Of a DNA stretch of 64,000 nt, positions 37,640-48,475 are shown piece by piece; position 1 is the first letter of the stretch, and each line of letters begins with the position of its first letter. This DNA is from an uncultured Verrucomicrobiae bacterium. Its GTDB lineage: Bacteria; Verrucomicrobiota; Verrucomicrobiia; Limisphaerales; Palsa-1400. The DNA lies in NCBI GenBank assembly GCA_963764165.1, contig CAVXRD010000004.1, positions 448,001 to 512,000 on the forward strand. Reading direction: 5' to 3'. The translations under genes were made by a program, and so were the position numbers. The notes beneath the pieces were generated by a model. That model made no database searches. It saw only the letters and a list, made by a program, of their open reading frames with translations, and was not told where the DNA came from.

Positions 37640-37791
37640 AAGGAACATCGCTCGATGAGTGTTGGCAAAGGGATTGATTGCTGTAATGAGTTTCGAGCGG
37701 TGTGAGTGTTGACTCATTACATTTTTGTGCGCGTTGGACGGACGCGTTTGATCCCATCGTCTTGGAGCCGGAGCAATCCGGCTCTTTTTTT
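37640..37791 (+). ncRNA. Candidate structured ncRNA with pseudoknot
   Basis: Stems 37682-37691/37712-37721, 37670-37677/37748-37755 and 37645-37655/37693-37703; followed by a terminator. Confidence 0.45.
37765..37791 (+). terminator. Rho-independent terminator
   Basis: GAGCCGGA-GCAA-TCCGGCTC followed by T7. Confidence 0.85.
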
Positions 37792-38320
37792 GTCTCGCGG
37801 GGCCGCCCCTCGCAGGAGAAACCGGGCCGATGTGTTTGGCGGTTGCTTTATTGAACCGGAATCGCCTGGCGGCAGGAGGCGACGAAGTTTTGCACGTTTA
37901 CAGGTGTATTCCGATAGGCGCTGACAGCCTCCTGTTCTTCGTTATCAGTCAGTGTCAGCGTGCCGTTGGTTATCGTGCGCATCCCCCGAAAGCGCTGTGG
38001 CTGTTGATGGTCCAATCCGACGCCGCGGCAAGCGTAATCGTCACGACGCTCAGGGAAGTGCCGTTGGGAGCCCCGGCCAGTGTAACGCGGTTGGATAACC
38101 ACTGATAAGAGGTGGGAGCAACCAGATTCGCTTTCGGCAGTTTGAGTGTTGCCGCGGCTGGTCTTCAACACAGCCGCGCCGCCAGCCTGCGTCCATCACC
38201 CGCTTTAATTCCCGCTCCTCGCATTATCAAAAGCAATTTTTCTATTGCCTAAAATTCTAAATGATAGTATGCGATAGTTAATGACAACACCGAATTGACT
38301 TCGACAACTCTGGAGGCTCT

Positions 38321-41300
38321 ATGACATCACAATTGCAAACCCAATCCAAACCCTCGATTTTCAAGCGGCTCGGCGCCTTGGCGGCGATCGGCCTTCTGGC
38401 TGTGGGCGCTTATTCCATTTACGTCGCGACTCACGAACCTGATTCGCAGGAAACGGTTCTGCTGGGCCAAACGCGCGTTGCGGCCGGCAGTCCGGCTGGA
38501 TTCCGGATCGTGGTGCGCAATCGAATCACGGGCCAGACCGTGCGCGGGGCCAATGTTGAAATAGCGCTCGCGTCCAAGAATTCGCAAAGGACGAGGCTCG
38601 GCAATGTTCACACCGACGCGAGTGGCACGTTTGATGGATCGCTCAATATTCCTGAGGTGGCGCCCGGGAATTATCAGCTTCTCGTCGATGTGACGTCCTC
38701 GTTAGGGCGCGATCACCTGGTGAAGAATATCGAGGTGGAAAATCCCGCCCGCGTCTTCTTGTCCAGTGACAAGCCGCTTTACCAACCCGGACAGACGATC
38801 CATTTGCGAACGATGCTGGTCAACCCGCGAACGGAAAAACCCCTTACGAACGAAACGATGACCTTTGAAATCAGCGATCCCAATGGAAACAAGGTCTTTA
38901 AGGAGACGCGTCTCCCCTCCACTTTCGGAATCGCCGCGGCGGATTTCGTCCTCGCTTCGGAGCTGAATCCCGGTCGGTACCAAATTCGCGCCGCCGCCGG
39001 CCCTGCCACGGCGGAGCGAGCTGTTGAAGTCAAACATTACGTTTTGCCGAAATTCAAAATCCGGGTTTCAACCGACAAACCGTACTACCTGCCAGGCCAG
39101 ATTGTGACTGGGACAGTGGAAGGGAATTACTTCTTCGGCAAACCGGTTGCGGAGGCGGACGTCAATTTAACGGCCGCCACGGTGGAGGACAAACCGGTGG
39201 CCATCGCCGGGTTGAAGGGAACGACTGATTCCAATGGCAAATACGCTTTTCGTTTTGTTCTGCCTGATTTTTTCGCGGGGCTGCCAGAAAAGAACGCGCA
39301 GGCCTTCCTGGACCTGACCGCGACGCTGACGGACACGGCGCGGCATTCTGAGAAATCAACCCTATCGCTCACCGTCGCGCAAAGTGAATTGGAGATCGCG
39401 GCCATTCCCGAGGCGGGGACATTTGTGCCTGGGGTTGAAAACGTTCTTTACGTGCTCACGTCTTACCCGGATGGCCGTCCGGCGGCATGCAAGGTTTTGC
39501 TGAATGGAACTGCCTACGCGACGGATGCAGCGGGTGTCTGCGAAATCAAACTGACGCCTTCCGACACAACGCCGCCGGTTGAACTTACCGCGCTCGATTC
39601 GGTTGGACGGAAAGCGAAGCTGGTGTTTCATCCGGACAAGACCCTCCCTGCAGCGCCGCTGTTGGTGCGTGCGGACAAAGCGGTTTACCAAGCCGGCCAA
39701 GCTGCCAAAATCACTGTTCTCTCGTCCGAAGGCGATAACACTGTGTTCATCGACGCGATCAAAGACGGCCAGACGGTCTTCACCAAGTCGGCGTCTCTAA
39801 AGAACCATGCGGCGGAATGCGCAATCGATCTTCCCGCGTCGCTGGTTGGCCCTCTTCAGATCAACGCCTACGTTATTGCAGCCAATGGCGAAGACAGAGG
39901 CAGTTCGCGCGTGTTGTTTATCAATCCCGCATCCGGGCTAAACATTTCGGCGAAATTGTCGAAGCCAATCTATCGGCCAGGCGAGTTGGCGACGGTTGAT
40001 CTGAGCGTCACAGACTCCCGTGGCCAGCCGGCGCCTGCTGCGTTAGGAATTGCGGCGGTCGACGAGAGCGTCTTCGCCCTGCACGAAAATCGGCCCGGCC
40101 TCTTGCAGCAGTTTCTCGACGCAGAAAGCGACTTGTTGAAGCCGCGCTATCAAATAAAATTCTTTGACACGCCGGACCAGATTCTTCTCGGCACGCAACA
40201 AAGGCTGGCGTCGGCGTATCTCGCTTCATTGGAGCAGCGATCCGCTCCGTCAGGAATCGAGGCCATGATTCACAGCGGCGATCCTTCGGCCCAATCTCTC
40301 GTGGATCAACTCCGCCGATTCAAGGGAACGAAGGAATATGAGTCTCTCCGCAATGACCCGCAGTTCGCCGAAGCGTTTCGTTTCGCCGAGGGCGGCGGAG
40401 GTCTTTACACGATGCGTGAAGCGACGGGTCCGGTGAAGCTTCAAGCAACGGAGGCGCACCGGCGGGCTTATTTCAACGCACTGGGCAAATATGGGCGAAA
40501 TGCCTTCCTTGCGGCGGTGTTCCTTGCTCCTCTAATCCTGCTGATTTGCCTGTCGCGACGCAAATCGGCTGTCATTTCCGCGAACGCAAGCCCGGGCGCA
40601 TTGCGTGGAGCAGAAATAAGCGTTCGTGTTTATAACAAGCTCGGCGCAGCGACCATTTTTCCATTGATATGGTATCCGGGTGGGCTGGCGCTGTTCGCTG
40701 GGCGAAACGATCACGCAGCGTGGTTTCTCTTCGGAGTGGAGGTGGTTGCAATTCTTCTACTTCTTTGCGTCGGATTTTTTGAAACAAGACCCACAGCGGT
40801 GAAGGATCTGGGGCGGGACACCACAAGCGCTCGCATCGGTCTCATTGCCTTTTTCACACAATTCGCATTTTCCCGCGCAAGTTTCGCCATGATCGCACTA
40901 AATCCGCCATCTTCGGAAGACATGCTCATCATGCTGCTGCTCGGGAGCGTTCTCGCGCCCCTGACCGTTTTGGCCTCCTACGGGATTCTTTTAAAGAACC
41001 AAATGGACAGTCAAAACATCACAACCCGGACTCCGCAAGTGTCCTTCGCGTTTTGGGCCTCAGTCATCGTCATGATCCTCGTCTTGTCATCCATGCTCCT
41101 GCCCTCGCTGGCGCGGGCCAAACAAAAAGCGCAACGCATTTCATTGATTAACACATTGAGGCAAATCGAGACCGAAAAGCAGATCATGGATTCCGATAAT
41201 GCGGGCCCGGAAAATGCCGCCCAAAGTTCGCCCCGCATCCGGCGTGATTTTCCCGAAACGCTTTTCTGGCGGCCGGAGTTGATCACCGACGACCACGGGA

Positions 41301-43321
41301 AGGCGAGTCTGGAAATTCCACTGGCCGATTCCATCACAACCTGGCGCACGGCGATTGATGGAATCAGTTCCACGGGAAAGATGGGCGGCGCGGAATTGCC
41401 AATTCCCGTCTTCCAGGATTTCTTTATTGATCTCGACCTGCCCGTCTCCATGTCGCTGGGTGACGAGGTCTCAGTCCCTATTAGCTGCTACAACTATTTG
41501 AACGAAGCGCAGGACGTTCATTTGACTCTAGCGTCCGCTGACTGGTTTGAATCACCACTGCGAACCGCTGCGATCCATCTCGCGCCCAACGAAGTAAAAA
41601 GCGCGACTCTGCCAATCAAGGTTGTCCGCGTGGGCAACCGCTCCCTCCGCATTTCAGCTCAGGGAACCAAAATGTCGGACGCCGTTGAACGCGAAATCCG
41701 AGTGCTCCCGGTAGGTGAGAAAACCGAGCGGACACAAAATGAGATTCTGCAAAGCGACTTCACCGATACGATGACTATTCCGGAAGGCTCCGTGCCGGAT
41801 TCGCAGAAATTGATCGCAAAGTTTTATCCATCGCGCTTTAGCGAGATTGTCGAAGGACTGGATTCGATTTTCGAAGCGCCTCATGGATGTTTTGAGCAGA
41901 CCTCTTCCACCACCTATCCAAACGTCCTCGTGCTTGATTACCTCAAGCGCATGGGCCGCTTGACGCCGGAGATCGAGATTCGAGCGCGCAAGTTCATTAA
42001 CACCGGTTACCAGAGGCTCTTGACCTTCGAGGTTCCAGGCGGCGGTTTTGAATGGTTCGGCCATACGCCTGCCAATGTGGGACTGACGGCCTACGGCATT
42101 TTGGAGTTTACGGATATGAACCACATTCAGCCCGTTGATCAAGCAATGGTAAGTCGAACTCTGGAATGGCTGCGGGCGCAGCAGAGCGCTGACGGCTCGT
42201 GGAAGCAGGCCGACGGCTACGACGATTGGTCGCAACGCAAGCCGCTCACCGCCTATGTGGCATGGTCTTTGGCTGAAGCGGGCGACCATTCGCCGACTCT
42301 CCAGAAGGCGCTGGATTACTTGCGAACTCACCCCGATGAAATTTCAACAACCTATGCCAAAGCCCTCGCCGCAAATGCGTTGCTCGGCAACAACCGAAGC
42401 GACGCCTTCGGTCGCCAATTGGCGACTCAGTTGCACGACACCGCTTTCAACGACTGCAAACAAATGGTTCATTGGAAATCCACCGGGCAAAGTCTTACGC
42501 ATTCAATTGGAATGGGAATGGAGACGGAGACAACCGCCCTGGCGGCAATGGCGTTGATGAAAGCAGGCATGTGGCCGCAAACTGTCAAACAGGCGTTAAA
42601 TTGGATCTCGAAGGCCAAAGACGCAAATGGCACATTTGGATCGACCCAAGCCACGATTCTCGCCATCCGCGCCCTTTTGACGGGAAGCACCACCTCGCTT
42701 GGACAAGATTTTGAATCCGTGATCTCAGTCAAGGTCAACGGACAATCCGTCGAAACATTCCACGTTACCAAGGATAATAGCGACGTGATGAAACAGGTTG
42801 ATTTAACAAAATTCCTTCGCCTCGGCGAAAATAAAATCAGCTTTCATCAAGAGCCGGCTGGCGAACTGCCGTTCCAATTTGCCGGCTCATATTGGAAGCC
42901 GTCTGTTCCGACTATATCGGCCGCGAAGACGAACGCCGATCCCCTGCAAATTGACGTCCAATACGATCGCACCGCCCTCTCCATCAACGACCAGCTCAAA
43001 TGCTCAGTCACAGTCAAGAATAACACGAGCCAGCGCATCAACATGGCTATCGTCGATTTGGGCATCCCACCGGGGTTCGAAGTGGACGAAACTTCGTTCG
43101 AGCGAATGCGCGAAAAGGATCAAATCGCCAAGTTTGAATTGACTGGAGCACAGGTCATTCTCTATTTGCGCGACCTTTCCGAATCGTCTCCATTCAAGTT
43201 CGATTACAGTTTGAGGGCCAAATACCCGTTGCGCGTCCAGACACCACCGAGCGCCGTCTATGAATACTATCAGCCCAAGAACCGCGCTGAGGCGAAGAGG
43301 GTCACATTGGAAGCCCTGTAA
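38321..43321 (+). CDS. Alpha-2-macroglobulin family protein with inserted polytopic membrane/pilin-like domain
   Basis: SDKPLYQPGQ, YVLPKF, AAVDESV, RRDFPETLFW, LADSITTW, thioester GCFEQT, STQATI, YEYYQP. Confidence 0.93.
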   Translation: MTSQLQTQSKPSIFKRLGALAAIGLLAVGAYSIYVATHEPDSQETVLLGQTRVAAGSPAGFRIVVRNRITGQTVRGANVEIALASKNSQRTRLGNVHTDASGTFDGSLNIPEVAPGNYQLLVDVTSSLGRDHLVKNIEVENPARVFLSSDKPLYQPGQTIHLRTMLVNPRTEKPLTNETMTFEISDPNGNKVFKETRLPSTFGIAAADFVLASELNPGRYQIRAAAGPATAERAVEVKHYVLPKFKIRVSTDKPYYLPGQIVTGTVEGNYFFGKPVAEADVNLTAATVEDKPVAIAGLKGTTDSNGKYAFRFVLPDFFAGLPEKNAQAFLDLTATLTDTARHSEKSTLSLTVAQSELEIAAIPEAGTFVPGVENVLYVLTSYPDGRPAACKVLLNGTAYATDAAGVCEIKLTPSDTTPPVELTALDSVGRKAKLVFHPDKTLPAAPLLVRADKAVYQAGQAAKITVLSSEGDNTVFIDAIKDGQTVFTKSASLKNHAAECAIDLPASLVGPLQINAYVIAANGEDRGSSRVLFINPASGLNISAKLSKPIYRPGELATVDLSVTDSRGQPAPAALGIAAVDESVFALHENRPGLLQQFLDAESDLLKPRYQIKFFDTPDQILLGTQQRLASAYLASLEQRSAPSGIEAMIHSGDPSAQSLVDQLRRFKGTKEYESLRNDPQFAEAFRFAEGGGGLYTMREATGPVKLQATEAHRRAYFNALGKYGRNAFLAAVFLAPLILLICLSRRKSAVISANASPGALRGAEISVRVYNKLGAATIFPLIWYPGGLALFAGRNDHAAWFLFGVEVVAILLLLCVGFFETRPTAVKDLGRDTTSARIGLIAFFTQFAFSRASFAMIALNPPSSEDMLIMLLLGSVLAPLTVLASYGILLKNQMDSQNITTRTPQVSFAFWASVIVMILVLSSMLLPSLARAKQKAQRISLINTLRQIETEKQIMDSDNAGPENAAQSSPRIRRDFPETLFWRPELITDDHGKASLEIPLADSITTWRTAIDGISSTGKMGGAELPIPVFQDFFIDLDLPVSMSLGDEVSVPISCYNYLNEAQDVHLTLASADWFESPLRTAAIHLAPNEVKSATLPIKVVRVGNRSLRISAQGTKMSDAVEREIRVLPVGEKTERTQNEILQSDFTDTMTIPEGSVPDSQKLIAKFYPSRFSEIVEGLDSIFEAPHGCFEQTSSTTYPNVLVLDYLKRMGRLTPEIEIRARKFINTGYQRLLTFEVPGGGFEWFGHTPANVGLTAYGILEFTDMNHIQPVDQAMVSRTLEWLRAQQSADGSWKQADGYDDWSQRKPLTAYVAWSLAEAGDHSPTLQKALDYLRTHPDEISTTYAKALAANALLGNNRSDAFGRQLATQLHDTAFNDCKQMVHWKSTGQSLTHSIGMGMETETTALAAMALMKAGMWPQTVKQALNWISKAKDANGTFGSTQATILAIRALLTGSTTSLGQDFESVISVKVNGQSVETFHVTKDNSDVMKQVDLTKFLRLGENKISFHQEPAGELPFQFAGSYWKPSVPTISAAKTNADPLQIDVQYDRTALSINDQLKCSVTVKNNTSQRINMAIVDLGIPPGFEVDETSFERMREKDQIAKFELTGAQVILYLRDLSESSPFKFDYSLRAKYPLRVQTPPSAVYEYYQPKNRAEAKRVTLEAL

Positions 43322-43510
43322 TCGCAAATCGACCGAACTCATATGAGAGATATGAGAACCGCCAAAGAAAATGCTGACGACCTGCCGCAACGCCGACCGG
43401 CTGGCGCGGCCTTTCCCCTGAGTGGGCAGATGCATCGCGCCGACGTCTCAATTCCTAGGCGCCCGACCGGGGGAAATATTGCTTAACGAAAAATTCTGTC
43501 CCACACCACC

Positions 43511-45778
43511 TCAACCCTTCTTGCCACGATTGAGCGCTTCCGTGAACCAGTCCGTGGCCGGAGGTTTGGCCGGTTGAACGCGCGCGGGTGGCCGGCTGGG
43601 ACCGGGAGAAGTTTTGCCCGCGCCGGTCCCGCCAATAATCGGCGCCGCCTTCATCGAAAGAGCAATGCGCTTTCTCGGCAAGTCCACTTCAGTGACTGTG
43701 ACCATGACCTTCTGCTGCACCTTGAGCAATTCCGCCGGGTCTTTTACAAAACGGTCGCTGATTTGGCTGACGTGGACCAATCCGTCTTGATGAACACCGA
43801 TATCCACGAAGGCGCCGAAGGCCGTCACGTTGGTCACGATGCCCGGGAGTTTCATGCCGGGTTTCAAATCCTCGATTTTCTCCACGCCAGCCTGGAAGGC
43901 GAATACTTCAAATCGCTGGCGCGGATCGCGGCCCGGTTTGGCCAGCTCGGCCACGATGTCCGTGAGCGTCGGCAAGCCAACCTCGGTGGTGACATATTTT
44001 TGCAGTTGGATTTTCTGCCTCTGAGCCACGTCGCGCATCAGATCATTGACGGTGCAGCCCGTGTCGCGGGCCATTTGATCGACAATGGAATAACTCTCGG
44101 GATGCACGGCGCTAGCATCCAATGGATGGGCGCCGTCGCGAATGCGCAAAAATCCGGCAGCTTGCTCGAATGCCTTTGGCCCCAACCGCGGCACTTCCTT
44201 CAATCCAGCGCGAGACTTGAACGGCCCGTTTTCATTGCGATAGGCAACAATATTTTCCGCCAGCGCGGGGCCGAGGCCGGAAACATATGCCAGCAACTGT
44301 TTGCTGGCGGTGTTGAGTTCCACCCCCACCCCGTTGACACAACTCATCACAACATCGTCCAGCGTCCGCTTGAGGGCGCATTGATCGACATCGTGTTGAT
44401 ACTGTCCCACGCCAATCGATTTCGGATCGAGCTTGACCAGTTCCGCCAGCGGATCCATCAACCGCCGGCCGATGGACACCGCGCCGCGCACGGTGAGATC
44501 ATGATCGGGAAATTCTTCACGCGCGACCTCCGAGGCGGAATAAATGGAAGCCCCGCTCTCATTGACCATGACCACAGGAATTGTGGAAGGCAGCTTGAGC
44601 GCCTTGACAAATGCCTCCGTTTCGCGGCCGGCTGTGCCGTTGCCGATGGCAATGGCTTCAATCTGATATTTGCGAATCAGCCCGAGCACCGTCTCGGCCG
44701 ATTCCCGCGCCTCGCCAGCCGAGGCGGCAGTCGGGTAAATTACCTCGTTGTGAAGCAGCTTGCCTTGGCGGTCCAGGCAGACGACCTTGCAACCAGTGCG
44801 GAAGCCGGGATCAATCGCGAGCACACTCTTGCGGCCGAGCGGAGAGGACAACAGCAATTCTCGGAGGTTTTCCGAAAATACGCGAATTGCCTCTGCGTCA
44901 GCCCGCTTTTTGGACTCAATCCGAGTTTCAACCTCAATTGCCGAGCCGAGCAAACGCTTGTAACTGTCCTGCACAGCCAAGCGCACCTGTTCCGCGGCGG
45001 GACCTTTGCCAGTGACAAAAAGCGGTTCGATCAAGGCAAGGGCGTCTTCCTCTTGTGGATTGATCCGCACCAGAAGCATCCCTTCACTTTCGCCGCGGCG
45101 GATGGCCAGCATGCGGTGGCTCGGGATTTTGGCGACCGGCTCGGTCCAATCGAAGTAATCCTTGAACTTCGCCGCCGCCTCCTCCTTTTCGAACATGACT
45201 TTCGACTTGACCATCCCCTTGCTCCAGAACAACTCACGCAGCCGGGCCCGCGCCTGCGCGTCGTCGCTGATTCGCTCTGCGAGAATATCGCGAGCGCCGG
45301 CGAGGGCGGCGGCCACATCCGCCACGCCTTTTTCTGCGCCGACATAAGCCTTGGCTTCCACTTCCGGGTTCACGGTGGATTGCCCTTGGAAAAGCAAGTC
45401 GGCCAGTGGCTCCAAACCAAGTTCCTTGGCGATGGTGGCGCGGGTGCGGCGTTTGGGGCGGTAAGGTTGAAAAATGTCCTCCAACACCGTCAGCGTCTCG
45501 GCTCCATTAATCGCGGACTTAAGTTCATCGGTGAGGAGGTTGCGCTCGGCGAGAGATTTAAGAATCACTTCCCGGCGCTGGTCCAGTTCCGCCAGATTAA
45601 GGAGTCGTTCGCGAACGCTGGTGATGGCCACTTCATCCAGCGATCCGGTCGCTTCCTTGCGATAGCGCGCAATGAAAGGAACCGTGGCGCCTTCGGCGAA
45701 AAGTTTGGCAGTCGCAGCAACCTGCCTCGGCTGAACTTTTAGTTCACCCGCAATTTTTAGAATATGTGCTTCGTTCAT
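43511..45778 (-). CDS. tex: Tex family transcription accessory protein
   Basis: GATVPFIARYRKEATGSLDEV, AIDPGFRTGCK, DPKSIGVGQYQHDV, C-terminal S1 domain. Confidence 0.97.
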   Translation of the reverse strand: MNEAHILKIAGELKVQPRQVAATAKLFAEGATVPFIARYRKEATGSLDEVAITSVRERLLNLAELDQRREVILKSLAERNLLTDELKSAINGAETLTVLEDIFQPYRPKRRTRATIAKELGLEPLADLLFQGQSTVNPEVEAKAYVGAEKGVADVAAALAGARDILAERISDDAQARARLRELFWSKGMVKSKVMFEKEEAAAKFKDYFDWTEPVAKIPSHRMLAIRRGESEGMLLVRINPQEEDALALIEPLFVTGKGPAAEQVRLAVQDSYKRLLGSAIEVETRIESKKRADAEAIRVFSENLRELLLSSPLGRKSVLAIDPGFRTGCKVVCLDRQGKLLHNEVIYPTAASAGEARESAETVLGLIRKYQIEAIAIGNGTAGRETEAFVKALKLPSTIPVVMVNESGASIYSASEVAREEFPDHDLTVRGAVSIGRRLMDPLAELVKLDPKSIGVGQYQHDVDQCALKRTLDDVVMSCVNGVGVELNTASKQLLAYVSGLGPALAENIVAYRNENGPFKSRAGLKEVPRLGPKAFEQAAGFLRIRDGAHPLDASAVHPESYSIVDQMARDTGCTVNDLMRDVAQRQKIQLQKYVTTEVGLPTLTDIVAELAKPGRDPRQRFEVFAFQAGVEKIEDLKPGMKLPGIVTNVTAFGAFVDIGVHQDGLVHVSQISDRFVKDPAELLKVQQKVMVTVTEVDLPRKRIALSMKAAPIIGGTGAGKTSPGPSRPPARVQPAKPPATDWFTEALNRGKKG

Positions 45779-45887
45779 CTAAGGAAAGGCCTGCGGTTTA
45801 ACGCAGCGGGCGGCGAGTGTAAATTGAAAATGAATTGTCGCGGCGATTTTCTCGGCGAATTATTGCGGCGCATTCAAACTCAGCAAT

Positions 45888-47498
45888 TTAGCCCGCAGTG
45901 AGCGCTGCGCGTTCATCGTTGAGCGCGCCGGTTTTTTCGAGGAAATAATCGTATCCGCCAACGTAGGGCGTGATCTTGCCGGAGTTGACATGCAGGACTT
46001 TGGTCGCCAGATGGCGGATGAAATTCACATCGTGCGAAATGAACACCAAGGTTCCTTCGTAACGCTCGAGCGCGAGTGTGAGCGATTCCACTGTTTGAAG
46101 ATCGAGATGCGTGGTCGGCTCGTCCATCAGCAGGAGGTTGGGTGGATCCACCAGGAATTTGACCAAGTTGAGGCGCGTCTTTTCGCCGCCGCTGAGAACT
46201 TCCGTCTTCTTGAAAATGTCGTCCTTGCGGAAAAGGAAGGATCCGAGAATGGCTCGTCCTTCTTCCTCGCGAAGGCTTGGCGCGCTGGCCAAAACTTCAT
46301 CAAGCACCGTTTTCTCCGGGTCCAGCGTGGCCGCGCGATGCTGGCTGAAGTAGCCGATCTTGGCATTGTGGCCGAGATCGCATTCTCCCTGCTGGAACTG
46401 AACCACTCCGGCGAGAATCTTCAGCAGCGTTGATTTGCCGGCGCCGTTTGGCCCGACAAGCACGGTGCGCTCGCCGCGTTCGATGGTTAAATCGAGTCCC
46501 TGGTAAACTTTGTGGGCGCCGTAAGCCATGTGAACGCCGCGCAAACTGACCGCCCGTTGCCCGCCGCGTGGCGGTTGGGGAATTTGGAAGCGGAACGGCT
46601 TCTTGGGCGCGACCGGCTTCTCGAGGAGTTCCATGCGCTCAATTTGTTTGAGCTTGCTCATCGCCTGCGACGCCTTGGAGGTGACGGAGCGGAACCGGTC
46701 AGCGAATTCTTGCAGCGCCTGGATTTCCTTCTGCTGGTTTTTGTAGGCGGCCAGTTGCTGCTCGTAGCGTTCCTCCCGCTGACGGAGGTAATCGGTGTAG
46801 TTTCCCGTGTAGGCGATCAGTTTCTTCTCCGAGATTTCATGCACCTCGGTCGCAATCTCGTCCATGAACTGGCGATCGTGCGAGATGAGCAGGACGGCGC
46901 CGGAATAATTTTTCAAGTATTCCTGAAGCCAGAGGAGCGCGAGAAGGTCGAGGTGATTCGTCGGTTCGTCAAGAAGCAACAAATCCGGCTCCATCACGAG
47001 AAGGCGGGCAAGGCGGGCGCGCATGATCCAGCCACCGCTAAGATCACGCGCAGGGCGATGGACATCCGCATCGCGATAGCCGAGCCCGCGCAGCATTTTC
47101 TTCGCCTTGGTCTCCACCTGCGGATCGGCCAAGGCGTCGTGCTTGGCATGGGTCTCAAAATATTCGGCGCTGGAAACGTCGCCCGCCGACTCCAATTCGC
47201 GCAGCCGCTTTTCGAGGCGGGGCAATTCTTCCACCCGGCCCGTGGCGACATCGAGGACAGTTTCGTCGCCGAGCGCTTCGGCTTCCTGCGGAAGAAAACC
47301 GACGCTCGTCCAGACATCCCGCTCAATCGTGCCCGTATCCGGCTCCTTCTGTTTGAGGATGATCGAGAACAAAGTGGACTTCCCCGCGCCGTTGGGCCCG
47401 ACCAAAGCGACGCGGTCGCCGGCATTGATCTGCAGCGAGGCGTTCTCGAAGAGCACGCGGCCCCCCAAGGTCATTTTCAAATCACGAATCGTCAGCAT
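45888..47498 (-). CDS. ABC-F family ATP-binding protein
   Basis: Two GPNGAGKST Walker A motifs, LSGG signatures, LLDEPTNHLD; no TM domain. Confidence 0.95.
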   Translation of the reverse strand: MLTIRDLKMTLGGRVLFENASLQINAGDRVALVGPNGAGKSTLFSIILKQKEPDTGTIERDVWTSVGFLPQEAEALGDETVLDVATGRVEELPRLEKRLRELESAGDVSSAEYFETHAKHDALADPQVETKAKKMLRGLGYRDADVHRPARDLSGGWIMRARLARLLVMEPDLLLLDEPTNHLDLLALLWLQEYLKNYSGAVLLISHDRQFMDEIATEVHEISEKKLIAYTGNYTDYLRQREERYEQQLAAYKNQQKEIQALQEFADRFRSVTSKASQAMSKLKQIERMELLEKPVAPKKPFRFQIPQPPRGGQRAVSLRGVHMAYGAHKVYQGLDLTIERGERTVLVGPNGAGKSTLLKILAGVVQFQQGECDLGHNAKIGYFSQHRAATLDPEKTVLDEVLASAPSLREEEGRAILGSFLFRKDDIFKKTEVLSGGEKTRLNLVKFLVDPPNLLLMDEPTTHLDLQTVESLTLALERYEGTLVFISHDVNFIRHLATKVLHVNSGKITPYVGGYDYFLEKTGALNDERAALTAG

Positions 47499-47617
47499 GG
47501 AAATAAAGTTCGAAGACGGAGAATCAGGTTCTCTGCGACAACGAGGGGTAGAGCTTATCATCAAAAACCCGCCTGTCCACCTGCCACTTTTCGGAGAGGC
47601 AAAGAAGAGTTTAGAAC

Positions 47618-47694
<77 letters not shown>

Positions 47695-47759
47695 ATGATT
47701 GCCTTCCTATTATGCGCAAATCCGCGGTCCGGAGCAAGCTGCCGTGCCAAGGTTCAGCT

Positions 47760-48425
47760 TCAGCGGCCAAGATACTTGAGCACCGCTTCCGTGCGGCTGT
47801 GGACGTGGAGCTTCTCATAAATCGTGCGAAGATGGGTGCGCACGGTTTCGAAACTTATTCTCAGAAGGTCCGCAATTTCCTTGTAGGAATGGCCTTTGGC
47901 CAGAGCCGCCAGCACTTCCTGTTCGCGCTCTGTCAAATTAACAACGGCTGACGCGTTGCGCGCGTCTGCCGGGAGTTCGCGGACGTTCTGGAAATACTGG
48001 ACGACGCGGCGGGCGATTTGCCGGGACATCGGCGCTCCACCGGCGTCCACTTCGCGGATGGCGTCCAGCAGCTTATCCTTCGAGGTGCGCTTGAGCAAAT
48101 ATCCCGTCGCGCCAGACATAAGCGATTTGAAAATCTGCTCGCTGTCCTCGTAAACGGTTAGCATGAGGACGGGGAGCTTGGGCGTAAGCTCTTTGAGCTG
48201 GCGGACGCAATCGGTGCCGAGCATCCCGGGCAGGTTTATGTCCATCAAAACCACATCGGGGCGATTGGCTGGAATGCCGCGCAGCGCGGCGAGGCCGTCG
48301 GGATATGCGGCCTGGCATTGGAAGCCCGAGGCGCTGTTCAGCATCGCCGTCAAGTTGGCGCGCAGATTCGGATCGTCTTCCACCAGGGCAACTTGAATCG
48401 GTCTGTTCACAGTCCGCTTATTCAT
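47760..48425 (-). CDS. NarL/FixJ-family response regulator
   Basis: VEDD, MDINLP, GYLLK receiver; LTEREQEVL..IYEKLHV LuxR HTH. Confidence 0.95.
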   Translation of the reverse strand: MNKRTVNRPIQVALVEDDPNLRANLTAMLNSASGFQCQAAYPDGLAALRGIPANRPDVVLMDINLPGMLGTDCVRQLKELTPKLPVLMLTVYEDSEQIFKSLMSGATGYLLKRTSKDKLLDAIREVDAGGAPMSRQIARRVVQYFQNVRELPADARNASAVVNLTEREQEVLAALAKGHSYKEIADLLRISFETVRTHLRTIYEKLHVHSRTEAVLKYLGR

Positions 48426-48475
48426 AGCCGTTCATCGCTCCTCCACCAATACCACATTTGAGGTATCATGACGCA

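Noticed and set aside
37830..38171. Short ORFs with surface-protein-like fragments
   Set aside because: Fragmented across frames; at most a gene remnant, too weak to call
43574..45742. 722-aa plus-strand ORF
   Set aside because: Antisense shadow of tex in GC-rich DNA; no motifs
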